A stretch of DNA of 64,000 bases from assembly GCF_026571515.1 (NCBI RefSeq), contig NW_026865001.1, forward strand, positions 1-64,000, read 5' to 3'. Below are positions 37,377 to 51,326 of this stretch, in pieces. The notes under the pieces are model-generated. The model worked only from the letters and a program-made list of their open reading frames with translations. It did not search any database and was not told the origin of the DNA. The translations under genes were made by a program, and so were the position numbers. Source of the DNA: Ruditapes philippinarum. Its lineage: Eukaryota. Position 1 is the stretch's first letter, and the number at the start of each line of letters is the position of its first letter.

Positions 37377-38737
37377 CATATCTGAACACCCCTCGTACGC
37401 ACTTAAACATAAGCCTACAGTAAATGATTTTACAATTCATGCAACATATAATATATACCACGATACCTTGTCAGGAGCTCTTTTCCTCGACACTTTATAT
37501 GTATTAGATATATTATCGTCACATTTGCAGAAAAAATGTCAGTACATGTATATAACTAAATATATGAATAAAATAAGACAAAATTTAAAAACACTTTTTT
37601 TCAAACATTATACCATTTACTTTACAGTCATGTATAATACTACACATAAATTAGTATACTTCTTAACGCACCGAGATACTTAATATACTGTCGCTAAGAA
37701 GGTGCCCGTTTGACATAGTTAACGTACACAATCTATTTGTAAAAACAGATAATGAATATTAAGTCAGATTTTTCATATAAAACATGTCAATTGTTTAATA
37801 TGTAATGCAGTACAATACGGTCAATAAATTAAACAAAAGAGCACATTTTTCACAATTTTTTATTTCAATAAAGAAAAAAACGAATCCCTAAAGGACGCCA
37901 AAAACGAAACTATTGAAAATGTTGCAGGCTCGGTTATTGAGCATGTTCATGGACTGTGAGGAAAGTGCAAGTTAACGTCCACATCTCTCCTAGGGTTCGA
38001 AAAAATCACTTTCTACAAAAGTTTGAGACGTTTAATCCAACTTTTAAATGTTTCAATATACTCCATTCTTTAAGCCCGAAAACATTTCGGCGTATAAGAA
38101 TATTATGCACCTGGTCGTGGTCGTCCATCCGTACGTCTGTTCGCAGTTGTAGTGTCCGATCTGTATCTTTTGAACCGGTGAAGGAGATTGAAACTACTTG
38201 GCAGAAATGTTAGCCATTATGAAAACATGTGCAGAACACATGTTTGACCTTTATCAGGTCAAGGTCACAGTCAGAGGTAACTTGATATAATATTGACTTA
38301 TATAGGGAAAACACACCTGAGACTGATTGTGTGAACTGACTATGCCCAGAGTTTAGATATTAGGTATGTAACATCACTTATAACTGGTATATTAATAATT
38401 TTGATGAACAGCTTGAAATTATATACACCGCGTACATATATATGAACAACAGATCTGCAAATCTTACTTATTAAGTTGGTATCAATCTATGAAAAAATTG
38501 CAACCAATGTTTATAAATACCTCGAGGAACTGTAAGACAGAATATTGAAAGATTAAATTGAAAAGCTGTCTAAGTAGGAAAAAATACAAACATAAATACA
38601 TTCACTAAAATAAAGTCAACATCGTACTTTTACCTAAATGGGAACACGATGCTTAAAGCGAATGTGTCAGCTTTTGCAATTGTCAAACTGCTACTATAAA
38701 AGATCTATACATATTGCAACTTTATGTTGAAGCCCCG

Positions 38738-39173
38738 GCCCCGTGTTCACGAAGATTGAAGGATCAGGATCAAGATCAGGATCATTTAAAACTCTAATAT
38801 TCTTCATTGTTTATCCTCATAGATTAAATATCTAATATTAATTTGATAAAACTGGACTTAAAATAGCAAGTTTATTAAATTGTAGAATAAATTTATTGTT
38901 ATTTTTGCAAGATACGGGCATTTTACAGTTAATCAAAATATTGATCCTGATCATAAAATTCATGGTTATTTTGATCCGAATATTTTTGTATTTGTTTTGT
39001 TATTTGTTGATTTTATCCCAAAATAGTTTCTTTGCAAATCAGCATTTTTTTACATTTTGAATATTTACAATTTAATTCAACAAAACACTATTAATTTTAA
39101 TTACATAATACAATTGCAATAAAAAAAGGACCACTTGACCCTGATCCTGATCTTTTCTTAGTGAACACGGGGC
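38738..39173. mobile_element. PIF/Harbinger-like MITE, 3-bp TSD
   Basis: CCG|GCCCCGTGTTCAC...GTGAACACGGGGC|CCG; empty site AAGCCCCGGTTGG at ~31993. Confidence 0.85.
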
Positions 39174-40612
39174 CCGGTTGGTATTGCTTTTGTACCTAGT
39201 GGGCTCAAGGTCAAAGTTACTGTTCCTAAAAAATGAAAAATGGTTTTCAGATAATTACCAGAGTAAGGGATGAGATGTTATAATAAAACCTGGTATATAG
39301 CAAGCTTATATGAAAACACCGGTTGGTTTTGTATTTGACCATGGGGTCAAAGTCACCATCACTTAAAAGAAAAAAAAGTTTCCGTACAATAACTATAGAG
39401 TTTTGAAGAGGTATTGTAATCAAACTTGTTATATAGCAGGCCTACATAAATACCCCGGTTGGTATTGCATTTGAACACCATGGAATTCAGGTCAAGGTCA
39501 CCGTTTTATTTCGGAGAATAAAAAGAGTTAGAAACACGTCATTATAATCAAAGTTGGTATAATGCAAACTTTTGTGAAAACCCTGATTAGAATTGTTATT
39601 AGAACCCCTGGAGTCATTGTCACTGTTACTAAAAATAGAAAAATAGTTTTCAGATAATAATTAGATTAAGATATTGATTGAGATATTAAAATCAAACTTG
39701 ATATTAAGAAAGCTTGTTTTTACCGGAAATAAAAAGGAAAATGGTTTCTAGAAGATAGGCAATAATAATAATTATTGGTACATAGATGAAACATCATTAA
39801 ATATAGGTGAGTCAAATCACTTATTTTACAAAATGGCAAAGTTGCTGGTGTGGGGGAGGTTATGAATCACGTTAAGTGATATAGATCTAGTTGTTATTTA
39901 AGCAGTAGCCTTTATCTGTTTTATATTAAGATGCAAAAACTGTTCTGAACATATTTGCTCATTTTAGACATTCGGACGAGCTATAAACTTGTCTTTAATT
40001 AAGTAGGTGGCGATCGATAAGTAAAACTAAAGTCTGAACTGGTTTCTTATCGAAACAGGGTGATACAGTTAGAAATTAATAACTTGCATCATATTCTAAA
40101 GTGGAGTATATTTTCAGATTTTAATATCAAATTTTAGAACCCTTTCATATATGATGTTGTATTCATAATTATTAAAAGTTTTAAGTAATTATTAACGGCA
40201 ATAGATTGGACATGGTACTCAAAGGTAAATGTCTGAACATTTTTTCTTCAGTAGGTTTAATATATGTTTGCCGATATCAGTGTACAAGATATAACATGAC
40301 AAAGAAAGGTCAATATAACTGATTGAATATTTTCTACATCGTTATCATTTAAAAGTTACCCAGTTTTAATTTCCATAGTTTTATGACAGAATTTACGAAT
40401 ATATACATACATTCAAGAACATAATTAATATACGAAATACCTTCATTACAATTTCAATTTACATGTTTCATATTAAAAATATTTCCCATATAATTCATTT
40501 GTCATTTTTGTTTATATAAATTATAATACTAGCAACTTTGTGTAAAATGTGGTACAGAGTCTAGATTTCAACATCAGTGATACTTATTCAACACAATGTA
40601 GAGTCCATTTGT

Positions 40613-41368
40613 TTACACTTTGACAGTAATATTAGATAGACAACCGCCATCGACAACATGCATCTGACCTGTGACCATAGCTGAATGTTCACTAAGGAGG
40701 TATAAAGTCGGGTCGACAATTTCGTCTACAGTCTGAATTCTTCCCATTGGCGACCTAGATATAAAGAAATCAACTGAAACCTTCCCTTCTTCGATAAGGC
40801 TCTGCACTAATGGCGTATTAACAAATCCAGGATTCACTGAATTCACCCGTATTCCATGAGGTCCGAGTTCCAATGCGAACTGCTTTGTTACCATATCCAT
40901 ACCTGCTTTTGAAACAGCATATGGAAGACCCATTGGAAATGCAGCTAAGCTTACAATGCTTGAACAATTTACGATCGACCCTTTCACCTTTGCTTCAATC
41001 ATTTTCTTTGCAACAACCTGTGAGCAATTTATTGCGCTAAGTAAATTGTTGTCCAGTACATGGTTTATGTATTCTTTAGGGCAATTTAAAGCATCGTAGT
41101 CGTGACCTCCTATTCCAGCATTGTTTACAAGCCCGTCCAAAACCTCAATCTTTTCTAGTTTTTCTCTCGTATCCTCCCAGTCACAAAGGTCAGCAACAAT
41201 CGGTATAATGTCCGGACATTCTTCCACTAGACTATCAAGTGTAGGTTTAGTCCTACTTAGAGCGTATACTTTGCAGCCAGATTTATTTAATGCAATAGCA
41301 ACTCCACGTCCTATTCCTTTTCCTGCTCCAGTAACCAGCACTTTCTTTCCTCTAAAATCAAACGGCAT
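40613..41368 (-). CDS. SDR4: DCXR-like SDR, 251 aa
   Basis: Intact ORF; TGAGKGIG, NNAG, YAVSK, IRVNSVNPG. Confidence 0.95.
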   Translation of the reverse strand: MPFDFRGKKVLVTGAGKGIGRGVAIALNKSGCKVYALSRTKPTLDSLVEECPDIIPIVADLCDWEDTREKLEKIEVLDGLVNNAGIGGHDYDALNCPKEYINHVLDNNLLSAINCSQVVAKKMIEAKVKGSIVNCSSIVSLAAFPMGLPYAVSKAGMDMVTKQFALELGPHGIRVNSVNPGFVNTPLVQSLIEEGKVSVDFFISRSPMGRIQTVDEIVDPTLYLLSEHSAMVTGQMHVVDGGCLSNITVKV

Positions 41369-43424
41369 ATTTAATTCACTTTTTCTCTATATAAGCATGC
41401 ATGTAACTTGAGATATAAATACGCTGTTATCAATGTGCAGTTAACGGTCCAACAAAAAAAATTAATGTGATTGTGCATGCAGTCTAAGCGTAATCTTTGC
41501 ATAACTATGTCAAGCGATCAATTGCAAACATGCACGTAAATACCGGTATTGTATTGCATTTTTGGTTAGTCAAAACTATTTACGGAATGATATTGTATTG
41601 AATAGTTTGATTATGTGTCACAATGACACATTGCAACTTACGTTCTATTATTATAGACAGGAGCGGCAATTTGTGTTTAACAACTGGCTTTCCTTCAGTC
41701 AACTTGTTATTTACATCAAATTCAATTATATAACTCTCGTTACTCGATATCCAAGGGACTGGGCATTTCACTTCGAGAGAAACGGAATTCGAGTAACGTG
41801 GAACTACCACCATTACATGTATATACATGTGCCTGATTGAATGTGCAAAGGAGTAGGTTTGTTATTGTTGTTAGCGGAAATGCTGCAATATTTAACCATT
41901 GAAATGACGGTAAATCACTTACAACTACAAATTATAAATGAACAAAAATATATCATTCAAAATTTAATACATATATATTAATAGTGAAACAGAAACACAC
42001 AATTACATTTGATTTATTTCATCATCGGACGAAAACGAAATTAGCAACTATCGTGAACCGGAAGTACAAATATGACATATAATTTATTAAACAAATGTCC
42101 TTTACGTTCATAACACACATCAATACCTAGGATATTATTTGACTAACACCCGTCAGACTGGCACAAGTCAACTTTCTTTAAGAAATGTAATTAAATTTTA
42201 ATTTAGTTATCTAACTGTTAAAACCAATTAAGTCCTGGAACGGATTAAAGCCACTTTTACGACGTGTCAATAATACATGATGACCGGCATTTGAAAATTA
42301 CTATGAAACGTGTAAATCATGAGTGACAGCATCTCACCTTGATGTCGCCGACCTTTGATCAGTCGGTTGTTTTCACACTTCGACTTATTGATATGTAAAT
42401 ATGTTGGAATTTAATTGAGGGACCAATTTTTTTTCGACTAAACAGGAGTCTCGGTAAGTCAAAATTTGACCTAAGCGGAGTTAAAATACAAAGATAAAGA
42501 AGGAAATTTGACGGGATTTTAGAAATTATTCGACTAAGGCAGAATTTTGAGTAAATCGATTTTCACTTATTGAGAGTCAACTTATATATGTATATCTTTA
42601 TATTTTTATCTATATTTGTTTGAATATATATCGTTTCCATTATCTTATGGACTGTTCTAAAAAGAAACCAAGCAAAGATTTCGACTGTCATTTACCACAC
42701 ATAAAATTGTACGTAAACAGTATAACATGTTCTGGAACAACGTAATATAGTGGTCTTTGCTGCCATATTAAGCTTGGTTTTACACCATCTAGCAATTATT
42801 TCGTGCATACGCCATTAGCTCTTAACGATATACAAACATATCTTTACAAACATGTTTTCAGATAGTTAGGATTTTGTTTTATTCAAACAATAATTTTAAT
42901 AATAAATAATAAACTACAGACAGGATATTTACAGTTTTATACAATTTATAGAATCCAAAGTCCAGTGTAAAATTCGAATCCACAATGTCGAAAATTGCCA
43001 CAAACAAAGTTGATGTGTTTTGTTAATTAAAAGCAGCGGTAAGTGTCAATGTTTATAACCTATGTAAGTTTTTCATTGACATTCAAATTTGACGATTTTA
43101 CCAGTTATCCGAAATTAAAAAAAACAAACTTTAAAGTTAAAACATGTGATGCATACTTTCTGTTTTAAAAGCGATCAGTTAAACACATTCTACGAAGTTT
43201 CTCAGTTTACCCTGTTCTTGATACGGCCAGTTACTACACAACAGTGATAAGACATTATTCTTTCTTCAAATAAAACTGTTTAAGAAGAGTAACAATGACT
43301 TAAAAACTTGATTAACTAACTTACAGAAATGATATTATTAGATCCGTGTACATCTTCATAAATTCTTACGTTTCCTATATAAAAGATAATTTATCAAATG
43401 TTGAAGCATTGGAAGCAAAGCATA

Positions 43425-44747
43425 CGAGAGGTGTTCAAATATGAAGGCAGCAAGGCCAATATCGCGCTTTTTTACCACGTTTTGCACGAGCTAAGTACAT
43501 GTATCGCAAAGATAGTTGTCTGAGCTCTCAATGGATACAATACATGTTTAAATCATTTTAGTCTAGCTTTGATACTAGTAATAGCTCGATTAACGCTATA
43601 TACTCGTGTATACTTAAGCTAAAATGGTTGGGAAAAGGTCTCCTTTCACTGGCTAAACACGATCCTATATCACGAACCGCTGTATGCCAAAGCCATATTT
43701 AATGAAACATGTCGTATTTATGGGAACATTGAACGTTCTTTTTCATCTATCACAGGGTTTTGTAAGAAATTTGAAAGTGGTGTGGATTCAGTAAAAGTAC
43801 CTCATGCATGCCGTCCGAAACCTGCAACTTCGTCAAAAGTGGTTGAAAAAGTAAAGGATTTGATTGCAACTAATGCAGGATTTACAAATAGGTATATAGT
43901 TAAATGCGTTGGTATTTATGTAGAAGCCGCTCATACAATTCTCAGACGTGATTACAGAAGGATAAGTGCCAGATTGATACCCCATGTCCTTACAAAAAAA
44001 GCAAAAACTTGCTCGGGTAAGAATTTCCAAACAATATTGTTGAAACAGTTCTCTAAATACAACAATCGATCTTTCGCAAGTATCATCACTTGCGATGAGA
44101 CGTGGGTTCACTTTTATGAGCCGAAGCGAAAGATACATAACAAAATATGAGCAACCAAAGGAAGTCAAAGACTTTGCATAGCAAAACGCACCATGAGCGT
44201 CAGATAGGTCATGTATGTAGTTTTCTTTACCAATCAAGGTCTTGCTATTCAAATTGCCGTACCAAAGGGTATATCGGTAAATGCCAAGTTTTACAGAGGC
44301 AATTTAAGGACCTTCATAAATTAAAGAAATATTTCAAAAACCGTCGACCAGCAACTGTTCTCCGTGGTGTCAGGATGTTCATCACAATGCTTCGTCACAC
44401 AAAGCGGCCATTGTACGAGAATATCTGAAACAGGAAAAGGTTGTCGAGCTTCCTCACCCTCCTCATTCGCCCCCTGTGACTTTTTCCTATTTCCGATGCT
44501 AAAAAAACACCTTGTTGGAAGAAAATATCAAACGCGAAAAAATCTCGGTTCGGCGATTATCCAGTGTCTGAACAGTTTACCTCGAAATGATTATGAAAAC
44601 GCATTTAAAAACTGTTTTAAAATACTAAAACATTGTATTTCACATGGTGGTGAGTATTTTGAAGGAATGAGATAATAATTTAGCCACTGTTTGTTAAGCA
44701 CTTCTGAAAAAATTGACCCAGTTGTATTTATATTTGAACACCCCTCG
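43425..44747 (+). mobile_element. Full-length but dead Tc1/mariner element (~1.3 kb)
   Basis: TA|CGAGAGGTGTTCAAATAT...ATATTTGAACACCCCTCG|TA; contains a transposase pseudogene. Confidence 0.92.
43624..44675 (+). pseudogene. Mariner (DD34D-type) transposase pseudogene
   Basis: Fragments in several frames: ISARLIPHVL (WVPHxL-like), IITCDETWVHFYEP, HHNASSH (second catalytic D changed to H), APCDFFLFPMLK with YSPDL lost, CISHGGEYFE. Confidence 0.9.
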
Positions 44748-46681
44748 TACGCACATAAACATAAGCCTACAGTAAATGATTTTACAATTCATGCAACATA
44801 TAATTTCAACCGCAGTACCTTGTCAGGAGGAGCTCTTTTCCTCGATACTTTATATGTCTCGACATTTTATATGTATCAGATGACAGATAAAATATACACA
44901 TTTACGTTATCGGCACATTTGCAGAATAAATTTCAGTACATGTATATAATAAAAAAATATGACTATCATAAATCATTTGTGTAAATTGAAATAATTACAC
45001 AATTGAACAACAATTTATTCAAACATTATACAGTTAGGTAGCACCAGATTCCTTTCATTTACTTCACAGTCATGTATAATACTACACATAGATTAGCATA
45101 ATTCTTAACGCACCTAAATACTTAATATACTGTCGCTATGAGAAGGTGCCCGTTTGACATAGTCAAAGTACACAATCTATTTGGAAAAAAATAATGATTG
45201 TTAAGCCAGATACATTGACCTGAATTTTTCATATAAAACAAATAATAATGATAATAATAATAATGAAAATATTTCGTGGTCGTCCGTCCGTACGTCTGTT
45301 AGCAGTTTAGTGTCTGGTCTGTATTTATTGAACCGGTGAAAAAGATTGAAACTACTTGGCAGAAATGTTAGCCCAATGATCCGATGTGCAGAATACAGAT
45401 TTGACCTTTCTCAATCTTAGTCATTTTGTATCAGTTTCAAAATGTCCTGTCCGCTCATTATCTTTTGAACCAATAGAAAGAAATTAAAAATTTTGGCATA
45501 AATATTACTTATAACAAGATGATGAGCAGAACCTGAGATCAAAATTGTACCCGCTTCGGAAATTATATTCATGAAGACTTGTATATGAAAACACATTTAA
45601 GTTTCATTATGCGGAACTACAATATCTACAGATTAGATTTTAAGCATGCAGCATCTACAAAACTCATATGAATCATGTGCCTTGGTTCGATATTAGCCCC
45701 GCCCCAGGGGTCACTTGATTTATATAGACTTATATAGGGTAAACACATCTAAAACGTAATGCGTGAATCTACGATGTCCAGAGCGTAGCTATTTGGCATG
45801 GATCACCATTTTTTTTATCAAAAATAACTGGTATTAATCATGCCCCTTGCGTCAATATTGGCTCGCCTAGTGGGTCATTTATTTAATATATAATTGTGAA
45901 GGAAAACACATTTGAGTCTTATTTTGGTGAAACTAAAATGCCTAGTTGTAGCATTGCCTTGTTGGTCTTTACAAAACTAGCATTACTCATGCCGTTGACC
46001 ACGCCCCTGGGGTCAATTTGATTAAATAGTTTTGTATGAGAAAAGGCGTTTCGGTCTTATATTGTGAGACTACAATGCCAATAGCTTAGATATTAAGCAT
46101 GAAGCATTAACTTGTGAACGTCTGCAAAATTATAAATAATCTTACTCCTGGGACCAAAACTAGCCTGCCCCGGGGTCATTAGATTATAGGAAAACATATT
46201 TAGGTATTATAATATAATATTTGTTTTGAAACTACAGAGCACAAATCTAAGATATTTGGCATTTGGCATTAATTTGTAGTTTTCTACAAAAGTTCTATCA
46301 ATCATGACCTAAACATCAAAATAAGCCCTGTCTTGCAAGTCACATAACTTTATCTAGTCTAAGGTATATGAAACAGATCTTCTCTTATTGTGGATAAATT
46401 CTTCGCCTCTATATTTGACATAAAGCATTATCTAGTGGACCTTTATCAATATTTATGCACTTAGGGTAAAAATGTCTCAGCCTTGGAGCCTATATAGTAT
46501 TAAGATAAAATATTTTTCAGACAAGTTTCTTAATTGGGTCTCTACCCTAATTGAAAGATTATTACTGTAGAGCGTATATTGTCCCGCCTTTACGGTGCTC
46601 TTTTTAGGTATACCTTCCAAGGGCCGAACGATGGCCGACCAAAGTCCATATTTACTCTTTTGGCAATCACCTGCAATATGT

Positions 46682-47560
46682 TTTTTATGCTCCACGAAGG
46701 GTGAGCATATAGTCTCCGCTTTGTCCGTCCGTCCGTTTCTCTTGTCCGGAAAATAACTTTGAAACAACACGAGGTATCAACATGAAACTTTGTATGTAGA
46801 TCGATCTCAATGAGTAGGTGTGCACTGCACAAGAACCGTAACTTTGCCTTGCCTAATACTTGAATTATTCCCCTTTGGTTTTTTTTTACACTTTGAACTT
46901 TTCTGGGACATTACTTTAAAACTATAAGAGTTATCAACATGAAACTTTGCAGAAAGATAGATCTCATCGAGTAGATTTGCAGTGCACAAGAACCATAATT
47001 ATGTCTTGCCTAATTTCGGAGTTATTGCCCTTGTTCATTTTGACACTTTGAACTTTGTCCAGAACATTACTCTAAAATTATAAGAGATATCAACATGAAA
47101 TTTTGTAGGTAGCTGGTCTCATTTGGTAGAAGTGCATCGCTAAAGAACCATAACTCTGCCTTGTCTTATAATGAAGTTATAGCCCTTTGTTAATTTTTAC
47201 TTTTTGACTTTTGTCCGGGACATAACTCTTAATCTATTAGAGATATCAACATGAAACTTTGACGGTACATATATCTCATTGGATAGAACTGCAATGCTAA
47301 AGAACCTAAACACAGTCTTTTCTAATTTTGGAGTTATTGCCCATTGTTCACTTTTACACTTTGAATTTTACCCGGGACATAACTCTGAAACTATAAGAGA
47401 TATCATCACGCAACTTTTTAGATAGATAGATCTCATTAAATAGAAGTGCAGTGCAAAAAACAATAACTCTACCTTGCCTAAGTTGGGAGTTTTTGCACTT
47501 TGCTCATTTTTTTAAAACTTTCCTGTGTTCAAAACCTTCTCGGAGAGCATCACCCGGTTC
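46682..47560 (+). repeat. HINE/Helentron-type element with (GTCC)n microsatellite and ~5 tandem ~156-bp units
   Basis: TTTTTATGCTCCACGAAGGGTGAGCATATAG start, GTCCGTCCGTCCG, and TATCAACATGAAACTTTG-like motif recurring at ~46775, 46932, 47088, 47244, 47401. Confidence 0.8.
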
Positions 47561-48267
47561 AACCGGTTCATGAATAGGTTAGGAAAGAGGAAAAGTCATA
47601 TGGTGCCAGGTCTGGATGATTCGGTGGAGAAAAGCAACAATTGCTCCTTATGCAGAAAATAAAGGCTGTCATACCAGGACGAACTTAATTAAATGTTTTT
47701 ATACAACACTAATATTATACTTGGATAAGACAGATAAAACGATCTCTAGAAACAGGAAATTGGAGAACAGTTCCATGGGTATTGCAAAAACTAACGTACA
47801 TAACTTTCTTGACACTTGTCAATTGCTAGGCAATGCATGGTTGATGAGCATTTTTGGTGACCAAAAACACAACATAACACGGGATTTTATCTTAAAGTAT
47901 TTTGAACAGTACATGACATATAGTGGTTTAACACTTGTTTCAACGATTTAAGCAATCTAAGTATAAAACGTTCTTTAAAGACAGGCGATATATCTCATTA
48001 GGTAAGCGGTTTTCTATGCTATTTCTTTGTCCAAGAATGAATAGAATGTCTGAAGATGGAAATAGCTCATTATAATACTAAGTTATTGAAGAAAATAGAT
48101 ATTGTTTGAAATTTGACACGTGATGATTTGATGATAATACGCTAGTGCCTCGTCCCTTATTTATACATATGAATTTCCATAGTAGGCCAATAATTTATAC
48201 TTAATACAAACTCAATAGAAACAATAAATCCGTACTTGCACTAAGGTGACAATATGAAGATTTATCC

Positions 48268-48950
48268 TTTTTGTCCTCCGCCTTTTCGAAGAAAATGAGG
48301 GGGGGGGGTATGGAAATAGGCTCACTACACCTTCGTGTCCGGTCCATGACTAAGTCATTTATCAAAAGGAATTTGAAATAGCTTGGTACAAATATTTGCT
48401 ATAACAAGACGATATGTCTTGCGCAAAACCCGGAACCCTACCTCCATGGTCAAGGTCACCCTTGGTGATGAAAGGTCAACATTGTCTTTTTGAGGGTAAA
48501 TGTCGTGTTCAGTTCAAAACTTTCTTATCCGTGAAAGCATAAAGGGAATTTGTAATGACTTGGCAGTATTGTTCACAAAAATAAGACAAAGTGTCAGGCG
48601 CAACAATTGCCAACCTCCAACGTCAATGTCACACTTGGAGGCCAAAGATTAACAGGGTCTATTATAGGACATATTTTATGTCCGGTATAGATCAAGGTAT
48701 TTTGAAATAACTTGGCACAAATGGTTACACAATAAGACGGTGTGTTGTGCGCAACACCCAGACTTTTACCTTCAAAGTCAAGGTCACACTTGGAAGTCAG
48801 CGCTGAATATGGTCTTTTATACGGTATACGTTTTTTGTGTTCGGTAAATAACTTTTGTATCAAACAATTGGTTTTGAAATAACGATGGGTTATGCTCTAA
48901 ACCCAGAAACTAAGCTCACACTTTGAGGTCAAAGCCCGAAAGGGTCTATT
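48268..48950 (+). repeat. Second degenerate HINE-type element with ~165-180-bp units
   Basis: TTTTTGTCCTCCGCCTTTTCGAAGAAAA start; repeated TTTGAAATAACTTGGCACAAAT and GTCAAGGTCACACTTGGAGG motifs. Confidence 0.6.
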
Positions 48951-50570
48951 ACAGGGTATAATGCCAAGTCAGGCCTATGCAAATAAAATGTCATTAGTGA
49001 ATCGCCCACATACCTTGATAGATAAAAAAGTTATGGTCTGGGCACTAAATATAACCTGCAACAGACCAATAACCGTTAATGATTTTGTATTTGTGTCTTT
49101 TGTGGTCTTAAAATAGAAATAACAACTATTCAAATGTATGTCTGTTTACATATACAGGGAAGTTATTACATTATATTTCTTTAATGAATTTATTGCTACT
49201 TGCACGTGCAGATCTAGCACTGATTAAGATTTGGCACTGAAAATCTATGCCTCTTTTGAAAAAGCTCAAATTTGTGCTTCATGTAAAACTTCCCTTAGGC
49301 AGGGGATATTGATAACCATTTCTGAAGCAACATCGTTTACAGTGTGTTTGTTTTCTGTTAGGTTTTATTATGCCAATGATGCAATGAACAAATGACTCCC
49401 TCGGCGATTCACATAGTCATATTCCCAAATGTGATATTGGCGTAACATATATTCTAAGTTTAGCCATTGTTCTGTAACAAAAATTCTGATGATGTATTCA
49501 CTAATACATATTAGATGAGAGATAAATGTATTGTAATGAAAAACAAATGCAATTTGAATAAGTGAAGAAACGTAATTCTGGAAATAGGGGTCTTTGTTGT
49601 TAACCATTTAAAATTTTCGCATGACATTAGTAAGTATTAAGAAATTCTTAAATCATAGAGAATGGCAATACTTCATGTTTGCGATAAATAAGATACTCCT
49701 AAACTATTAACATTTTTGTATAAAGACAAAGTAAAAGAAACAACATTCTGGCTGTATGCAGAAATAATATTTGAGATTTTGAACTTGTTATATGTAATGT
49801 GATTGATGGCATGAACCTTTGAATTGTATTGTTTTAGCCTTAGGTTTTCCATTTCTTATTCATGTATATTAAATGATTTAAGTAATAGTGATTGTAGATT
49901 AAATATGATATTCGAAGGCCAAATGCGAGACCACTCGTGGGGAATATACGGTATATGTGAATGTGTTATGAAATTTGTCAATTATGATGGGGATGCATAT
50001 AACGACGAACGAGTAAACCAGGGCAATCTTTCTATACACAATTAAAAGTTCTAATTGGAAATAATTATTACAATATATATACTAGAGTTCTGAAACATGC
50101 TTAGCATTGGAGATGCTATGGAACAAAAATTTAAAGACTAAAATCTCTTTTTTGTTACAAAGAATACATAGTTTTAGAGAATACTCTTTTACAGTGAAAT
50201 CAAATTTTTATCAGAAATCTTGACGCAGGCGAGGACTCCGGTTTTGGTGTCGGGTTGAGTAGTATATCTCTCCATACAATTTGTATAATCGAACTGTCAT
50301 GAATTGTTTGGTATCAATAATAACAAAGTAAGTCTTATTAAGATATATATTTAATACGAATATGCGCATATAATCAAGTAAATACGAAAATGCGAAAACC
50401 TTCATAACAATTTGATTATAACATAATTTGAATATATGTATACTTTCCCATGTTACTCACTTATGTTTGTTATATAAACAATTGTTGCTTTCTAGAAAAT
50501 GTAGCAAAGATCACTTCTACACTTCTAATAAATACATCAACAGTACTAAAATGTGAAGTATTCATTTGTT

Positions 50571-51326
50571 TTACACTTTGACAGTAATATTAGACATGCA
50601 ACCGCCATCTACAACATGCATCTGACCTGTGACCATAGCTGAATGTTCACTAAGGAGGTACAAAATCGGGTCAACAATTTCTTCCAGGGTCAGAATTCTT
50701 CCCATTGGCATCCTAGAGGAGAAAGTATTTTCTGACAATGTGCCCCTTTCAATAAGACTTTGAACTAATGGCGTACTAACAAGGGCGGCATTAACTGAAT
50801 TGACACGAATTTCGTAAGGTCCGAGCTCCAGTGCGAACTGCTTTGTTACCATATCCATACCAGCTTTTGAAACATTATACGGAAGGCCTTTTGGGAAAGC
50901 AGCCAAACTTCCTGTGCTTGAGCAATTAACTATTGCCCCTTTCACCTTTGCTTCAATCATTTTCTTTGCAACAACCTGCGAGCAATTTATTGCACTAAGT
51001 AGATTGTTGTCCAGTATATGTTTTATGTATTCTTTAGGACAATCAACAGCATCGTAGTCGTGACCTCCTATACCAGCATTGTTAACCAGCCCGTCCAAAA
51101 CCTCAATCTTTTCTAGTTTTTCTCTCGTATCCTCCCAGCCACAAAGGTCAGCAACAATCGGTATAATATCCGGACATTCATCCACTAAACTATCAAGAGT
51201 AGATTTTGTCCTACTGAGAGCATACACTTTGCTGCCAGCTTTATTTAATGCAATAGCAACTCCACGTCCTATTCCTTTTCCTGCTCCAGTTACCAACACT
51301 TTCTTTCCTCTAAAATCGAAAGGCAT
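50571..51326 (-). CDS. SDR5: DCXR-like SDR, 251 aa
   Basis: Intact ORF; YNVSK active site; VNAALVST in place of VNPG. Confidence 0.95.
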   Translation of the reverse strand: MPFDFRGKKVLVTGAGKGIGRGVAIALNKAGSKVYALSRTKSTLDSLVDECPDIIPIVADLCGWEDTREKLEKIEVLDGLVNNAGIGGHDYDAVDCPKEYIKHILDNNLLSAINCSQVVAKKMIEAKVKGAIVNCSSTGSLAAFPKGLPYNVSKAGMDMVTKQFALELGPYEIRVNSVNAALVSTPLVQSLIERGTLSENTFSSRMPMGRILTLEEIVDPILYLLSEHSAMVTGQMHVVDGGCMSNITVKV

